Positions 45,047-54,908 of a DNA stretch of 64,000 nucleotides are shown here, one piece after another. The translations under genes and the position numbers were made by a program. Under the pieces are notes generated by a model. That model was not told the origin of the DNA and did no database searches. It worked only from the letters and a program-made list of their open reading frames with translations. Within the stretch, counting starts at the first letter, position 1. Each line of letters opens with the position of its first letter. This DNA is from an uncultured Myxococcales bacterium (lineage in GTDB: Bacteria > Myxococcota > UBA4151): contig CAXGWI010000001.1 in the NCBI GenBank assembly GCA_964013405.1, positions 50,402 through 114,401 of the forward strand, read 5' to 3'.

Positions 45047-46576
45047 ATGAAGGGCACATTTTTGCAGCGCGCTGGCCCAGCCTTTTGGATCCTCTGGGCC
45101 ACCATCGGTCTCGCACTGGGAGCCGCCTTCTTTCAAGGCCCCCTGCTGCCGCTGCGCGATCTGCCCGACCACCTGGCCCTCATCAGCCTTCTCGACCACA
45201 GCCGAGTGGCTGACTCGCTCGCTAGCGAACACTATCTGATCCAGTGGACACCAGTTCCCTATTGGGTCTTCTACGGTAGCGTCTGGCTCGTCGCTCGATT
45301 CGTCGATTACCTGACCGCCGTCCAGTGGGTGCTCTTTGCCACCATGCTGCTGACGCCCCTCGCCTTGGCCCACCTGTTTCGAACCTGTGGTCGAGATGGG
45401 CGCTGGGCGCTCCTCAGCATGCCCCTATTTTTCAACCACAACCTGATGTGGGGGTGGGTCAGCTACTGCATGGCCATCCCCATCCTCGCCATGGCCTTGG
45501 CCGCCTGGATTGCTTACCGGCGCCGACAAGGCTCGGCCCGCGCCCTCGCTCTTTGGTCCTGTTGTCTCTTTCTCGCCCACGCCCAGGCGGCCGCCTTTTT
45601 CGCCTGCATCATCCTCTTGCGGATCGCCGCTGAACGCAGTCGAGATGCGGTACGAACCCTCCTCCCGCTGATGGCCCCCGTTGTTCTGGGCCTACCGTGG
45701 CTGATTTCCCGACTCGTGGGTGTCCACGGACGAGGCGAGCCCGTGTCCGGCGATGCCATCGTCTTCCATGACCCTGTGACACGTCTCAAGCGACTCGCTG
45801 ATCATATGACCAACTGCTACCGAGGCAGTCTCGATGACTGGCTCTGGCTCGGCACCTTGTGTGTGATCGTCGGACTCATCTTGCTGTACCGGAGGGGCGA
45901 TGACGAGCCGGACAACGACGAAGGCCACGACCCGATGGTCGTCACCGTGGTCGCCCTTTCGGTCCTTGCATACTTCCTCGCCCCTTGGGAGTTGCGATGG
46001 CCCGTCTCCCAGTGGTCGATCTACAGCCGCTTCGCCATTCTCGCCTTGCTGTTCGCACCGGGTCTCATCCGGGGCCCCTTCCCGGGTACCGTCCTCCAAC
46101 GGCTGTCCCTTACGGCTTGGGTCGTCTTGGTTTTACTGTTCGCTCAACACAACCGAGGCGTTTATCGCGACTTTAATACCCGCCATAATTGGTTGCTGCC
46201 AACGGTCGAAGCGATGCCCGGAGATCAGTTCATTATGCCTCTGGTCTTTCAAGCGGGCGATCCCGCTTCCCACTTAGGCGCAGCCGACCAGTTCCATGCC
46301 TACTATGTGGTGCAACACGGTGGTTATGACCCTTACCTTTTCGACAACCCGAGCCATCCTGTCATCCACCGACCAGGGACAAAGCCCGCCCTCCCGCCTT
46401 GGAACAAGCCCGGCCATTTCAAGCGCTGGTCCCAAGGCGCAGATTCTGACAAAGCAGCGGCCGTAGACCTCGTGATCGAACAGTTCGACCACAACCGCAT
46501 CGGCCCACTACCGGGCTACCACCGACCCCAAAAGAGAGGGCGTTGGATGGTCCACCAACGGGAACCAGCACGATGA
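45047..46576 (+). CDS. polytopic integral membrane protein of unknown function
   Basis: There are at least 10 TM helices with a C-terminal soluble tail. The start is taken at MKGTFLQRAGPAFWILW. Confidence 0.5.
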   Translation: MKGTFLQRAGPAFWILWATIGLALGAAFFQGPLLPLRDLPDHLALISLLDHSRVADSLASEHYLIQWTPVPYWVFYGSVWLVARFVDYLTAVQWVLFATMLLTPLALAHLFRTCGRDGRWALLSMPLFFNHNLMWGWVSYCMAIPILAMALAAWIAYRRRQGSARALALWSCCLFLAHAQAAAFFACIILLRIAAERSRDAVRTLLPLMAPVVLGLPWLISRLVGVHGRGEPVSGDAIVFHDPVTRLKRLADHMTNCYRGSLDDWLWLGTLCVIVGLILLYRRGDDEPDNDEGHDPMVVTVVALSVLAYFLAPWELRWPVSQWSIYSRFAILALLFAPGLIRGPFPGTVLQRLSLTAWVVLVLLFAQHNRGVYRDFNTRHNWLLPTVEAMPGDQFIMPLVFQAGDPASHLGAADQFHAYYVVQHGGYDPYLFDNPSHPVIHRPGTKPALPPWNKPGHFKRWSQGADSDKAAAVDLVIEQFDHNRIGPLPGYHRPQKRGRWMVHQREPAR

Positions 46577-49074
46577 AACGTCAGCTGCTTGCTGCCCAGT
46601 TGATCATCATCCCCCTGGCGATCATCGACTGGTCCCTTGGTGCGCCAACACTGCGCAGCCTACCCGCAGCCATCGGCATCGGAGCCCTAGTCGCTATTTG
46701 GGTCGCTATCTTCGCTTACCTGCTCAATCTTTTGGCGGGCAGCGCCTTTCTAGGCGTCGAAAAACTCCTGAGTAGCAATCGACATCGGCTAGCGGCCCTC
46801 ATCGGATTGCTGGCCTGCATCGTCTTGCAGTCTCAGATCAACCTATGGGCGGAGCGATTTAACGCCCGCGACCTTGCCGCATGGCTAGCAGCCCTCGGGC
46901 TGATCCCAGCCATCCTTGGCGGACTTGCGATCGGCGGGCTGTTTTTCTGGATACTCAGCCCACTCAGGGATTGGCGCAGTGGCAGCACGTTGGGTTGGCT
47001 GACGGTGATGGGAGCCCTCGCCGCTCTTGGGCTCGCCATCTACCGAGCATGGAGGCCCGAGCACTGGGTAACGGTCCACATCGACCTGCTACCTCTGGTA
47101 CCGCTTCTTCCCGGTGCCTGGCTCTCAGCCATCCGGGCCTTACCCCGCTTCCCCCAGGTCTCTTGGCTCCGACTCGCGATCGCTCCCTTACTGGTCTTTG
47201 GCTTGCTGCCCAATGCCGTCGCCAGTGACTTGAGCAATGGCGATGGTCTCCTCGGTCGGTCCATCCTCGTCCTCCGAACCCTCACCGATCGGGATGGCGA
47301 TGGCTTTTCTCCGGTCCTCTCCGGCGGCGACTGCAACGACGGGGACCCCTCTATCCATCCTGGCGCTTTCGATGGCCCGCGGGATGGTATCGACCAGGAC
47401 TGCGACGGGGAGGATTTCCTCCCCAAACAGCCGGACCCGAAAGACTGGTACGCCCAACTCGGGCCCGAACGAAAGCGGGCCGAAAACCTGCTCTTTGTCA
47501 CTGTCGACACCCTCCGGGCCGATCGAATCAACTGGATGGGGAGTTCAGTTCCAACCATGCCAGGGACGGGAAAGAGCCTTATCGAGAAGGGCTCACTCTT
47601 TCGCCAGGCCTACAGTAACGGTGTGCGAAGTCAGCGCTCCATTCCCTCCATGGTCATGGGTCGCTACCCGAGTCATCTCCATTGGGGACCCGATGGGCGT
47701 GATGCCGTCACCGTTGCGGCGAAAAACATCAGCATGGGTGAGATCCTGCGCAAGGGCGAGTTCAAGACCCATGCGATCATCATGGAGCGGTATTTCCGTA
47801 AGCAACGGGGGCTTGTTCAAGGCTGGGAGTTCCACGACGTGCGGCGGATTCGCCCCGGCTTCAAACGTTGGGACCAACCCACTTCTGAGATCATCACCTC
47901 CTACACGCTCAAACAACTCAAGGCTCTTGAGCAGGGTCCGAGTCGGTGGGCCATTTGGGTTCACTATTACGACCCCCATATTCGGTTTCGCTCCTCCCGC
48001 TTCGGTAAAGGGGCCCTTGCCCGCTACGATGAGAGTTTAGCGGTCACAGACAAGGCCTTGGCTCGACTCCTGGCGGCGGTGAACTTTAAGGACACTCTTG
48101 TGGTGCTGGCCAGCGACCATGGGCAGGGCTTGGGGACCCATGGGCATCATGGCCATGGCTCCCAACTCTATGAAGAGGCTATTCACGTCCCTCTTGCCTT
48201 CGCGGGTGGGCCCATCCTCAAGGGACAGACCCGTCCAGAGGTCGTCCAAAATGTGGACATCGTTCCCACTATTTTGAATCTACTAGAGCTCAAAGATCCC
48301 AAAGCCGTCTTCGATGGACGCACCCTCGTTCCAGCCCTCTTGGGTTTCGAGTTGGAGCATCGTCCTGCCTTCATCGAAGCCCTCCCCGATCCCCATACGA
48401 CCGATCACGTCTGGGCGGTGATCGATCGCAGACAGAAGTTGATCTACGATATTCGCAAGCAAACCATGCAACGATTTGACCTCATCGACGATCCCGGTGA
48501 GTTGCAGCCCCTCGACCCCTTCGGTGGTTCCGGCCCCCGACTCCAACGTTTGCTCAACACCCACCGGGGCCAGGCGACGTGGATGAACAAGGGCTACTAC
48601 GGTGGCAAGCAGAAGGGCTGGAAACAGCCTAAGAATTCCGGAAGGCCTCAGCCGAAAAAGATCGACCGGATTGCGGGGGCTCTCGACGTGCAACTCGGCG
48701 ATCTCGTGAAACTGAAATCCTTTCGGCTACTGGACCCCCCACGGGCTGGAGACCGCTTGAGAATGCGAGTGAACCTCGAGGTCCTCAAGGACTTTAGCGG
48801 CGCCCTGAGTGCCATGGTTCACGTGGAGGGAATGGGCCCAAATGATAAAAAGATCTTTCTCAATCGGGACCAACGCTTACGACCTCAGCCCCGATGGGTC
48901 GCTGGGGAGAAAACCGAAATCCTACTGTCTTTCCTCGTCCCTCGTGCGGCAAAAGACGGGCATGTCACCATCCGCGTCGGGCTCTTCAAGCCGGGGCATC
49001 GCAAACTCAAAGCGACCGGGGACGGCGTCGACCCAAGGGGTCGGGTCTCGATGGCGAGTGTCCGCCTGCGCTAA
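46573..49074 (+). CDS. membrane-anchored sulfatase/alkaline-phosphatase-superfamily enzyme (LtaS/OpgB/EptA-like architecture)
   Basis: An N-terminal 5-6 TM domain is followed by a sulfatase domain with LLFVTVDTLRADRI and LASDHGQGLGTHGHHGHGSQLYEEAIHVPL. A C-terminal K-rich tail is present. ATGA overlap at 46573-46576, verified. Confidence 0.75.
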   Translation: MKRQLLAAQLIIIPLAIIDWSLGAPTLRSLPAAIGIGALVAIWVAIFAYLLNLLAGSAFLGVEKLLSSNRHRLAALIGLLACIVLQSQINLWAERFNARDLAAWLAALGLIPAILGGLAIGGLFFWILSPLRDWRSGSTLGWLTVMGALAALGLAIYRAWRPEHWVTVHIDLLPLVPLLPGAWLSAIRALPRFPQVSWLRLAIAPLLVFGLLPNAVASDLSNGDGLLGRSILVLRTLTDRDGDGFSPVLSGGDCNDGDPSIHPGAFDGPRDGIDQDCDGEDFLPKQPDPKDWYAQLGPERKRAENLLFVTVDTLRADRINWMGSSVPTMPGTGKSLIEKGSLFRQAYSNGVRSQRSIPSMVMGRYPSHLHWGPDGRDAVTVAAKNISMGEILRKGEFKTHAIIMERYFRKQRGLVQGWEFHDVRRIRPGFKRWDQPTSEIITSYTLKQLKALEQGPSRWAIWVHYYDPHIRFRSSRFGKGALARYDESLAVTDKALARLLAAVNFKDTLVVLASDHGQGLGTHGHHGHGSQLYEEAIHVPLAFAGGPILKGQTRPEVVQNVDIVPTILNLLELKDPKAVFDGRTLVPALLGFELEHRPAFIEALPDPHTTDHVWAVIDRRQKLIYDIRKQTMQRFDLIDDPGELQPLDPFGGSGPRLQRLLNTHRGQATWMNKGYYGGKQKGWKQPKNSGRPQPKKIDRIAGALDVQLGDLVKLKSFRLLDPPRAGDRLRMRVNLEVLKDFSGALSAMVHVEGMGPNDKKIFLNRDQRLRPQPRWVAGEKTEILLSFLVPRAAKDGHVTIRVGLFKPGHRKLKATGDGVDPRGRVSMASVRLR

Positions 49075-49102
49075 GCCAAGCGACCCACGACCACAAAGGC
49101 GT

Positions 49103-50425
49103 TCACGGCCCTCCCGAGGCCCCCTCGCCCCGTGGCGGACTCGATCGGGCCAAAACCTGGGCGAGCAAAGCCTCCCGCCCCAGACCGGCAAGCCCTTCTG
49201 CCTTTAAGCGTCGATACAGGGTCGACCGGCTAACACCGAGGCTCTTCGCCGCCTGCGTTAGATTCCCATCGTGGGCCAGGATCGAGGGCAGCAATCCCTC
49301 CTGGTCCATGGTTTGGGTCAAACCGGAGCCAAAGCGCTCGACCAGACTGAGATGGCCTGGCGAAATCTCCTGACCTTCACACAGGATGGTTGCCCGTTGG
49401 AGACAGTTCTTCAGTTCCCGAACATTACCTGGCCAGGGGTACCGTTCGAGCATCTGACGGGCGGAACCATTCAGGAAATACCCCCCACCATCCCGGTTCA
49501 AAAAAGCCGCCACCAGGCCGGGGATATCCGAGCGGCGCTGTCGCAAGGGCGGAACCTCAAGGGGAAAGACCATCAAGCGATGATAAAGATCGAGGCGGAA
49601 GCGTCCCTCTTTCACCGCCCGCTCCAAATCACGGTGCGTTGCACACACCACCCGGGCAGAAACCGTTCGCTCCCGCACTTCGCCAAGGCGCGTGACCGTC
49701 CCGCACTCGAGGACGCGTAACAACTGGGCTTGAACTTCCAGGGGCATCTCCCCGACCTCATCGAGGAACAGCGTTCCATCACGGGCCGTCTCAAACGCAC
49801 CTGCTCGGTCCCGATCAGCACCGGTAAAAGCGCCCCGCACATGACCGAAGAGTTGGCTTCCCACCAACTGGGTATTCAACGCACCACAGTTCACATTCAC
49901 GAGTTGGCCAGCCCTTCCCGAAAACTCATGGATGGCCCGGGCAACCAGTTCCTTGCCTACCCCCGATTCGCCGCGAATCACCACCGGAACCTCGGTAGGT
50001 GCCACCCGGCGCACCAAGTCGGCGAGTTGTTCCATCACCGGGTGGCTGCCAACGACACCGGGCAAAGAAGAGGAAGAGGACATCCCCTCCGGCGGAAAGG
50101 CCTCAAACAACATCACCACACCGCCGAAACGCAATTCAGCCCGGGCCGGCAGTTGCGCTCGGTCGACCCGGGCACCAGCGACGAAGGTGCCGTTCTTCGA
50201 GCCCAGGTCAACCACCTCCCAGCCCTGGGCGACTTGGCGTAGCTCGGCATGCTTTCGCGACAACCCAACCCCTTGGGGACTGATATCGTTACTCCGATCC
50301 CGGCCGATGCGGAGACATCGGACGGAAAGTGGGCGTCGCAAGACACCTGCGCCACTCAAAAATACCCGCCCTCGAGCCAGGCACTCCCGGGCCATTGAAT
50401 CCGTTTGCCGTGTCGCCATGTTCAC
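49103..50425 (-). CDS. sigma-54-dependent transcriptional activator with an N-terminal FHA domain
   Basis: The FHA domain is …LRIGRDRSNDI…LSRKHAEL…GSKNGTFV. The AAA+ sigma54-interaction motifs GESGVGKE and GAFTGA are present. A C-terminal Fis-type HTH follows. Confidence 0.9.
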   Translation of the reverse strand: MNMATRQTDSMARECLARGRVFLSGAGVLRRPLSVRCLRIGRDRSNDISPQGVGLSRKHAELRQVAQGWEVVDLGSKNGTFVAGARVDRAQLPARAELRFGGVVMLFEAFPPEGMSSSSSLPGVVGSHPVMEQLADLVRRVAPTEVPVVIRGESGVGKELVARAIHEFSGRAGQLVNVNCGALNTQLVGSQLFGHVRGAFTGADRDRAGAFETARDGTLFLDEVGEMPLEVQAQLLRVLECGTVTRLGEVRERTVSARVVCATHRDLERAVKEGRFRLDLYHRLMVFPLEVPPLRQRRSDIPGLVAAFLNRDGGGYFLNGSARQMLERYPWPGNVRELKNCLQRATILCEGQEISPGHLSLVERFGSGLTQTMDQEGLLPSILAHDGNLTQAAKSLGVSRSTLYRRLKAEGLAGLGREALLAQVLARSSPPRGEGASGGP

Positions 50426-50538
50426 CTCCCAGGTCCGAACACGGTAACGCGACTCGCTGCCAATGTCAGCCCTTGGTGACGAGACTCTGGACCTTGGGAC
50501 CCGAGGTTGCTAGCGGAGCCTCGTTGCGAGGAGGACCG
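50426..50538. promoter_or_regulatory. divergent intergenic region between the sigma54 activator and bolA-grxD
   Basis: A 113-bp gap. Confidence 0.25.
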
Positions 50539-50793
50539 ATGGACGAAGCGATGATCAGAGACCGTCTTCTCCAGGCCTTTCCAGGGGCCCATATCGAGTT
50601 GCGTGACCTGACAGGAACCCGGGACCATTGGGGCTGTACCGTCATCACAGAAGCCTTCGAAGGCTTGGGTCTAGTGGGTCGACATCAAGCGGTCTACGCG
50701 TGTTTGAACGACCTGATGGCCGGTGATAGCGCCCCCATCCACGCACTCCAACTCAATACGCTGACGCCCGATGAAATGAAGAGGGGAACATGA
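50539..50793 (+). CDS. bolA: BolA-family protein
   Basis: MDEAMIRDRLLQAFPGAHIELRDLTG…HALQL; the protein is 84 aa. The track ORF's N-terminal extension is unlikely. Confidence 0.8.
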   Translation: MDEAMIRDRLLQAFPGAHIELRDLTGTRDHWGCTVITEAFEGLGLVGRHQAVYACLNDLMAGDSAPIHALQLNTLTPDEMKRGT

Positions 50794-51116
50794 TGAGCCG
50801 AGATGTTCTGGCCGAGATCGATGAAACCGTAAAATCCAATGAGGTCGTCCTGTACATGAAGGGCACCAAAGAGTGGCCACAATGCGGCTTCTCTGATCGC
50901 GTTGTACGCATCCTCCAAGAGCAAGAGGTGGACTTCACGGACGTCAATGTCCTGGCCGACCCAGCCGTCCGCCAAGGGATCAAAGATTATACGAATTGGC
51001 CCACGATCCCCCAACTCTACATTCGTGGTGAGTTCGTTGGCGGTTGTGACATCGTCACGAACCTCCATCTAGGTGGTCAGCTCTCGAGCCTGCTGAACTC
51101 AGGGTCTGAAGGCTAG
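50790..51116 (+). CDS. grxD: Grx4-type monothiol glutaredoxin
   Basis: The CGFS active site is present in KEWPQCGFSDRV. ATGA overlap with bolA. Confidence 0.9.
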   Translation: MMSRDVLAEIDETVKSNEVVLYMKGTKEWPQCGFSDRVVRILQEQEVDFTDVNVLADPAVRQGIKDYTNWPTIPQLYIRGEFVGGCDIVTNLHLGGQLSSLLNSGSEG

Positions 51117-52705
51117 CCTTCCGGACTCCAGCCCAAGCGTCCAACGATGGCCTGGGCCACCCGCTGACCGTCCAGTGCAGCGCTCATGATCCCCCCTGCG
51201 AAACCGGCGCCCTCCCCACAAGGGTATAGGCCTGGGTGACTGGGGCTCTCCAGACTCCTTTGATCCCGCTCGATGCGGACCGGAGCAGAGCTTCTGCTTT
51301 CGGTCGCCACCAGAATCCCCTCGTCGCTCACATAGCCTTTGAGGCGTTCGTCAAAATGCTTCAGTCCCTGCCGGAGACTGTGAAGAAACGACGCTGGAAA
51401 GATGGCTTCGAAACCGTGGGGAACAAGCCCCCTCTGGTAACTGGTCGAGGGTAGGTCCTGACTGAAGCGCCCCGCAACGAAGTCGCCGACTCTCTGTGCT
51501 GGCGCCACGAATTCCCCGCCACCAGCCCGATAGGCCGCCCGTTCCACCCGCTCCTGAAGGGCCATCCCCACCAGGGGGTCTCGGTCCGGCCCGGGGCGTC
51601 CTTCCCGCTGGGCCCAAGCTGCCAGGTCGTCCGGTCGGACGGTCATCACGAGACCGGAATTAGCGTAAGGGGAGTCCCGACGAGAAAGGCTCATGCCATT
51701 GACGACCAGAGCTCCAGGTTCCGTGGCGGCCGGAACGATGTAGCCCCCGGGACACATGCAAAAACTGTAGACCCCGTGGGCCGACGTTTGGGCCGTCAAT
51801 TGGTAGAATGCCGGCGGCAAGTCGAGGGTGACGCAGCGAGCCCCGTACTGGGCTTGATCAACCATGGTCTGGGGGTGCTCGGCTCGCACACCAAGGGCGA
51901 AGTCTTTGGCCCCCAACGCGATCCCCTGCTCCTGACAAAGCCGATAGATATCCCGAGCACTGTGCCCGGTCGCCAGAATCACAGCGGCCGCTTCAACGCC
52001 TCGACCGTCAGCCAACTCGACGCCTGTGATTTGCTTTCCCGCGTCCTGCAAGAATGCGGTGACTCGAGCGCCCCATTCGTATCGTACCCCGCGGGCCTCA
52101 AGATGGGCCCGCAGGGCCATGAGTACTTTCGGCAATCGGTTGGACCCGATGTGTGGCCGACTCTCGTAAAGAATGCGTGCCGGTGCCCCAAAGGCGACAA
52201 GGCTCTCAAGGACACGCTGCACGCCCTGGCGGTCTTTCGAGCGGGTATAGAGTTTGCCGTCGCTAAACGTTCCCGCACCGCCTTCCCCGAAGCAATAGTT
52301 GCTCTCCGGATCCAACTCTCCATCCACACTCAACGCTTTCAAACTACGGCGGCGAGGCTGAACCGGTTGGCCCCGGTCGATGAGAATGGGCTGCAGACCC
52401 GCCTCAAGAAGGGCGAGGGCAGCAAAACTTCCCGCAGGGCCTGCACCGACGACTGCGACGGCGGGGCCCGATGCCTGTCGGTCACTCGGTTGCCAACGGG
52501 GCGCCGGTGTTTCGTCCGCGCCAAAGAGGGCAACCTTCAGGACCCAACTGGGCCGGCGGCGGCGGCGAGTATCTAGACTACGACGAAGCAAGAGAGGGCG
52601 ACCAGAGCGCCCCAACTCAGCACTGAGCAGGGAGACGATCTCCTCCCCCTCTGCCCGACCCAGTGGATGGTCGAGGGGTAAGCGAAGTTCGTGTTCCGTG
52701 GGCAT
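51113..52705 (-). CDS. FAD-dependent oxidoreductase (COG2509-like, NAD(P)/FAD-binding)
   Basis: The Rossmann motif is VAVVGAGPAGSFAAL. GAGTFSDGKL is present. Confidence 0.7.
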   Translation of the reverse strand: MPTEHELRLPLDHPLGRAEGEEIVSLLSAELGRSGRPLLLRRSLDTRRRRRPSWVLKVALFGADETPAPRWQPSDRQASGPAVAVVGAGPAGSFAALALLEAGLQPILIDRGQPVQPRRRSLKALSVDGELDPESNYCFGEGGAGTFSDGKLYTRSKDRQGVQRVLESLVAFGAPARILYESRPHIGSNRLPKVLMALRAHLEARGVRYEWGARVTAFLQDAGKQITGVELADGRGVEAAAVILATGHSARDIYRLCQEQGIALGAKDFALGVRAEHPQTMVDQAQYGARCVTLDLPPAFYQLTAQTSAHGVYSFCMCPGGYIVPAATEPGALVVNGMSLSRRDSPYANSGLVMTVRPDDLAAWAQREGRPGPDRDPLVGMALQERVERAAYRAGGGEFVAPAQRVGDFVAGRFSQDLPSTSYQRGLVPHGFEAIFPASFLHSLRQGLKHFDERLKGYVSDEGILVATESRSSAPVRIERDQRSLESPSHPGLYPCGEGAGFAGGIMSAALDGQRVAQAIVGRLGWSPEG

Positions 52706-52718
52706 CAGATGGCCCCGA

Positions 52719-54878
52719 CTAGAGGAGCCCGATACGGCCCAGAGGCTGGACGTTGAGATCGGGACTCAACTCTTGAAAGCTGAGTACGTCCACCTCGGGA
52801 AATTCCAACTCCACCAACTTCCGGACGAAACGTCGAACGTCCTGGGCCGTCAACAGGACGGGCCGCTGGGCCGTCGGGCTGCGGTGGCTTAAGTCCTTGC
52901 GCATGGCAGCGAGGATCTCTTGGGTGATCTCAGGCTCTAGCGCCAAAAAGGAGCCGGAAGCATTGTGCTGAATACTCGAACGGACAGTTTCCTCGATTTG
53001 ATTGTCCAGCAGGTAAACCACCAAGGTGTCCGATCCTCGGGCCGCTTGGTGGCTGATGGCCCGCCTGAGGCTCGAACGGACCTGTTCGGTCAGTTGAACC
53101 CCATCGGTTTCCACCGGACCCCACTCGGCGAGGGTCTGCAGCACGGTGCGCAGATCGCGAACCGAGACGCCTTCCTCAACCAAGCGCCGGAGAATATCGG
53201 TCAACTGAAATAGACTGACGGCTTTCGGGACGGTCTCTTTCACCAATGCCGGATAGAACTTCTCCACCTGGTCCAGCATTTCTTGGACCTCTTGGATGCC
53301 AACGAACTCGGGAGCATTGCGACGCAGCACCGCGGACACGTGGAGGACCAGATACCCGGGGACGTCCCAACAGGTGACCCCCGCGCTCTCGGCCAACATG
53401 CGGTCACTTGCATCGATCCAGGACGCTTCCGCCGAAGTGGCTGGATTCTCAGCACTGCGGGCCTCGATGCCCAACAAGCGCATCCGCTCAGGCACCTCGT
53501 TCGCAAGGACCCGGTCCGGCTCCACCGCGCCTCGAGCCACAGGGACTTCATTCACCATGATCACGTAGGAAGCAGGCCCCAAGGGTGCCCCACGAACCCG
53601 CACGCCAGGGAAACGGACGCCCAACTCGTAAAAGAGACCATCCCGCATCATGGGGATGTATTCGGCGAGAAAGGCTGCGCCCGTTTCACTGTCGTCGACA
53701 AAGGGTACCAAGTCTTCGGAGACCTCGAGGACGATGGGCGTGACGGCCTGAAGCATTTGGTCGCTCCGGCCCGCCTGGGCTTCCATCTTCCGAGCCTCCT
53801 GGACCACTTCGGTCTCCGCGGAAGCCGGTCTTTCCTCCTCCGCAATGGGATGTTCGGTCCCCCGCTTCAAATTGTAAGCGATCAGGCCCACGACCACGGC
53901 TAGGACGAGGAAGGGAAGCACCGGTAGCCCAGGGACGATCGCAAGCACCAAGAGGAACCCTGCGGCGATCATGAAGGCTTTGTGCTCGCTCAGGATCTGC
54001 CCTGCGATGTCCTCACCGAGATTTCGGTCCTCCTCCTCGCTGGAGACACGGGTCACGACGATGCCGGCGGTCACCGAGATCAGGAGGGCGGGGATCTGGC
54101 TCACGAGGCCATCGCCAATGGTCAGCAGGGAGTAAACCTGGACAGCCTCCTCACCGGTCATTCCTCGCTGCCAAACACCGATGATCATCCCGGCAACAAT
54201 GTTGATGATCGTGATCACAATCCCAGCGATGGCATCGCCTTTGACGAACTTCATGGCGCCGTCCATCGCGCCGAAGAGTTGACTCTCTCGATTCAGTTCG
54301 TTGCGCCGCCTGCGGGCTTCATCGATATCAAAAGCTCCTGCGCGCAGATCAGCGTCGATGCTCATCTGTTTGCCCGGCATCGCATCCAGGGTGAACCGGG
54401 CAGCGACCTCAGCCACCCGCTCCGAGCCCTTGGCGATCACCAAGAACTGGATCAGGGTGAGCACCAGAAAGATCACGGCACCCACCACAAAGTTCCCCGC
54501 AACAACAAAGTCACCGAAGGATTTAATGACCTCACCGGCTTGGGCCTTCAGGAGGATGAGGCGGGTTGAACTGACATTCAAAGCCAGCCGAAACAGGGTG
54601 GTCACAAGGAGAATGGTTGGGAACGCGGCCAGGCGCAGTGCGTTGGGCACATAGACGGCAACCAAAAGCAGCGTCAGAGCGATCGAAATATTGAGAACGA
54701 GGAGCAGATCGAGAAGGAAGAAGGGTAGCGGGATGATCATCATCCCGACCACGGAAACGATCAGCCCGGCCAGCAAGACGTCGCTGAAGCGGTTCAGTTG
54801 CCGCAGTAAGAGGCCGGAGCGCAGGCTCAGAAGAACTCGTTTCAGCAATTGCCCTCCACGCCTGAGGGTGGGTAGCAA
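52719..54878 (-). CDS. FHIPEP-family export-gate protein (FlhA / T3SS SctV homolog)
   Basis: FTLDAMPGKQMSIDADLRAG and GDAIAGIVITIINIVAG are present. Eight N-terminal TM helices are followed by a roughly 350-aa cytoplasmic domain. The protein is 719 aa. Confidence 0.85.
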   Translation of the reverse strand: MLPTLRRGGQLLKRVLLSLRSGLLLRQLNRFSDVLLAGLIVSVVGMMIIPLPFFLLDLLLVLNISIALTLLLVAVYVPNALRLAAFPTILLVTTLFRLALNVSSTRLILLKAQAGEVIKSFGDFVVAGNFVVGAVIFLVLTLIQFLVIAKGSERVAEVAARFTLDAMPGKQMSIDADLRAGAFDIDEARRRRNELNRESQLFGAMDGAMKFVKGDAIAGIVITIINIVAGMIIGVWQRGMTGEEAVQVYSLLTIGDGLVSQIPALLISVTAGIVVTRVSSEEEDRNLGEDIAGQILSEHKAFMIAAGFLLVLAIVPGLPVLPFLVLAVVVGLIAYNLKRGTEHPIAEEERPASAETEVVQEARKMEAQAGRSDQMLQAVTPIVLEVSEDLVPFVDDSETGAAFLAEYIPMMRDGLFYELGVRFPGVRVRGAPLGPASYVIMVNEVPVARGAVEPDRVLANEVPERMRLLGIEARSAENPATSAEASWIDASDRMLAESAGVTCWDVPGYLVLHVSAVLRRNAPEFVGIQEVQEMLDQVEKFYPALVKETVPKAVSLFQLTDILRRLVEEGVSVRDLRTVLQTLAEWGPVETDGVQLTEQVRSSLRRAISHQAARGSDTLVVYLLDNQIEETVRSSIQHNASGSFLALEPEITQEILAAMRKDLSHRSPTAQRPVLLTAQDVRRFVRKLVELEFPEVDVLSFQELSPDLNVQPLGRIGLL

Positions 54879-54908
54879 TAAAGCTGGGCCGGGGGGAAGC
54901 CTTGGGGC

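Noticed and set aside
47237-48040. 267-aa plus-strand ORF and others inside the sulfatase gene
   Set aside because: Alternative-frame artefacts. The sulfatase frame carries the conserved metal-site motifs.
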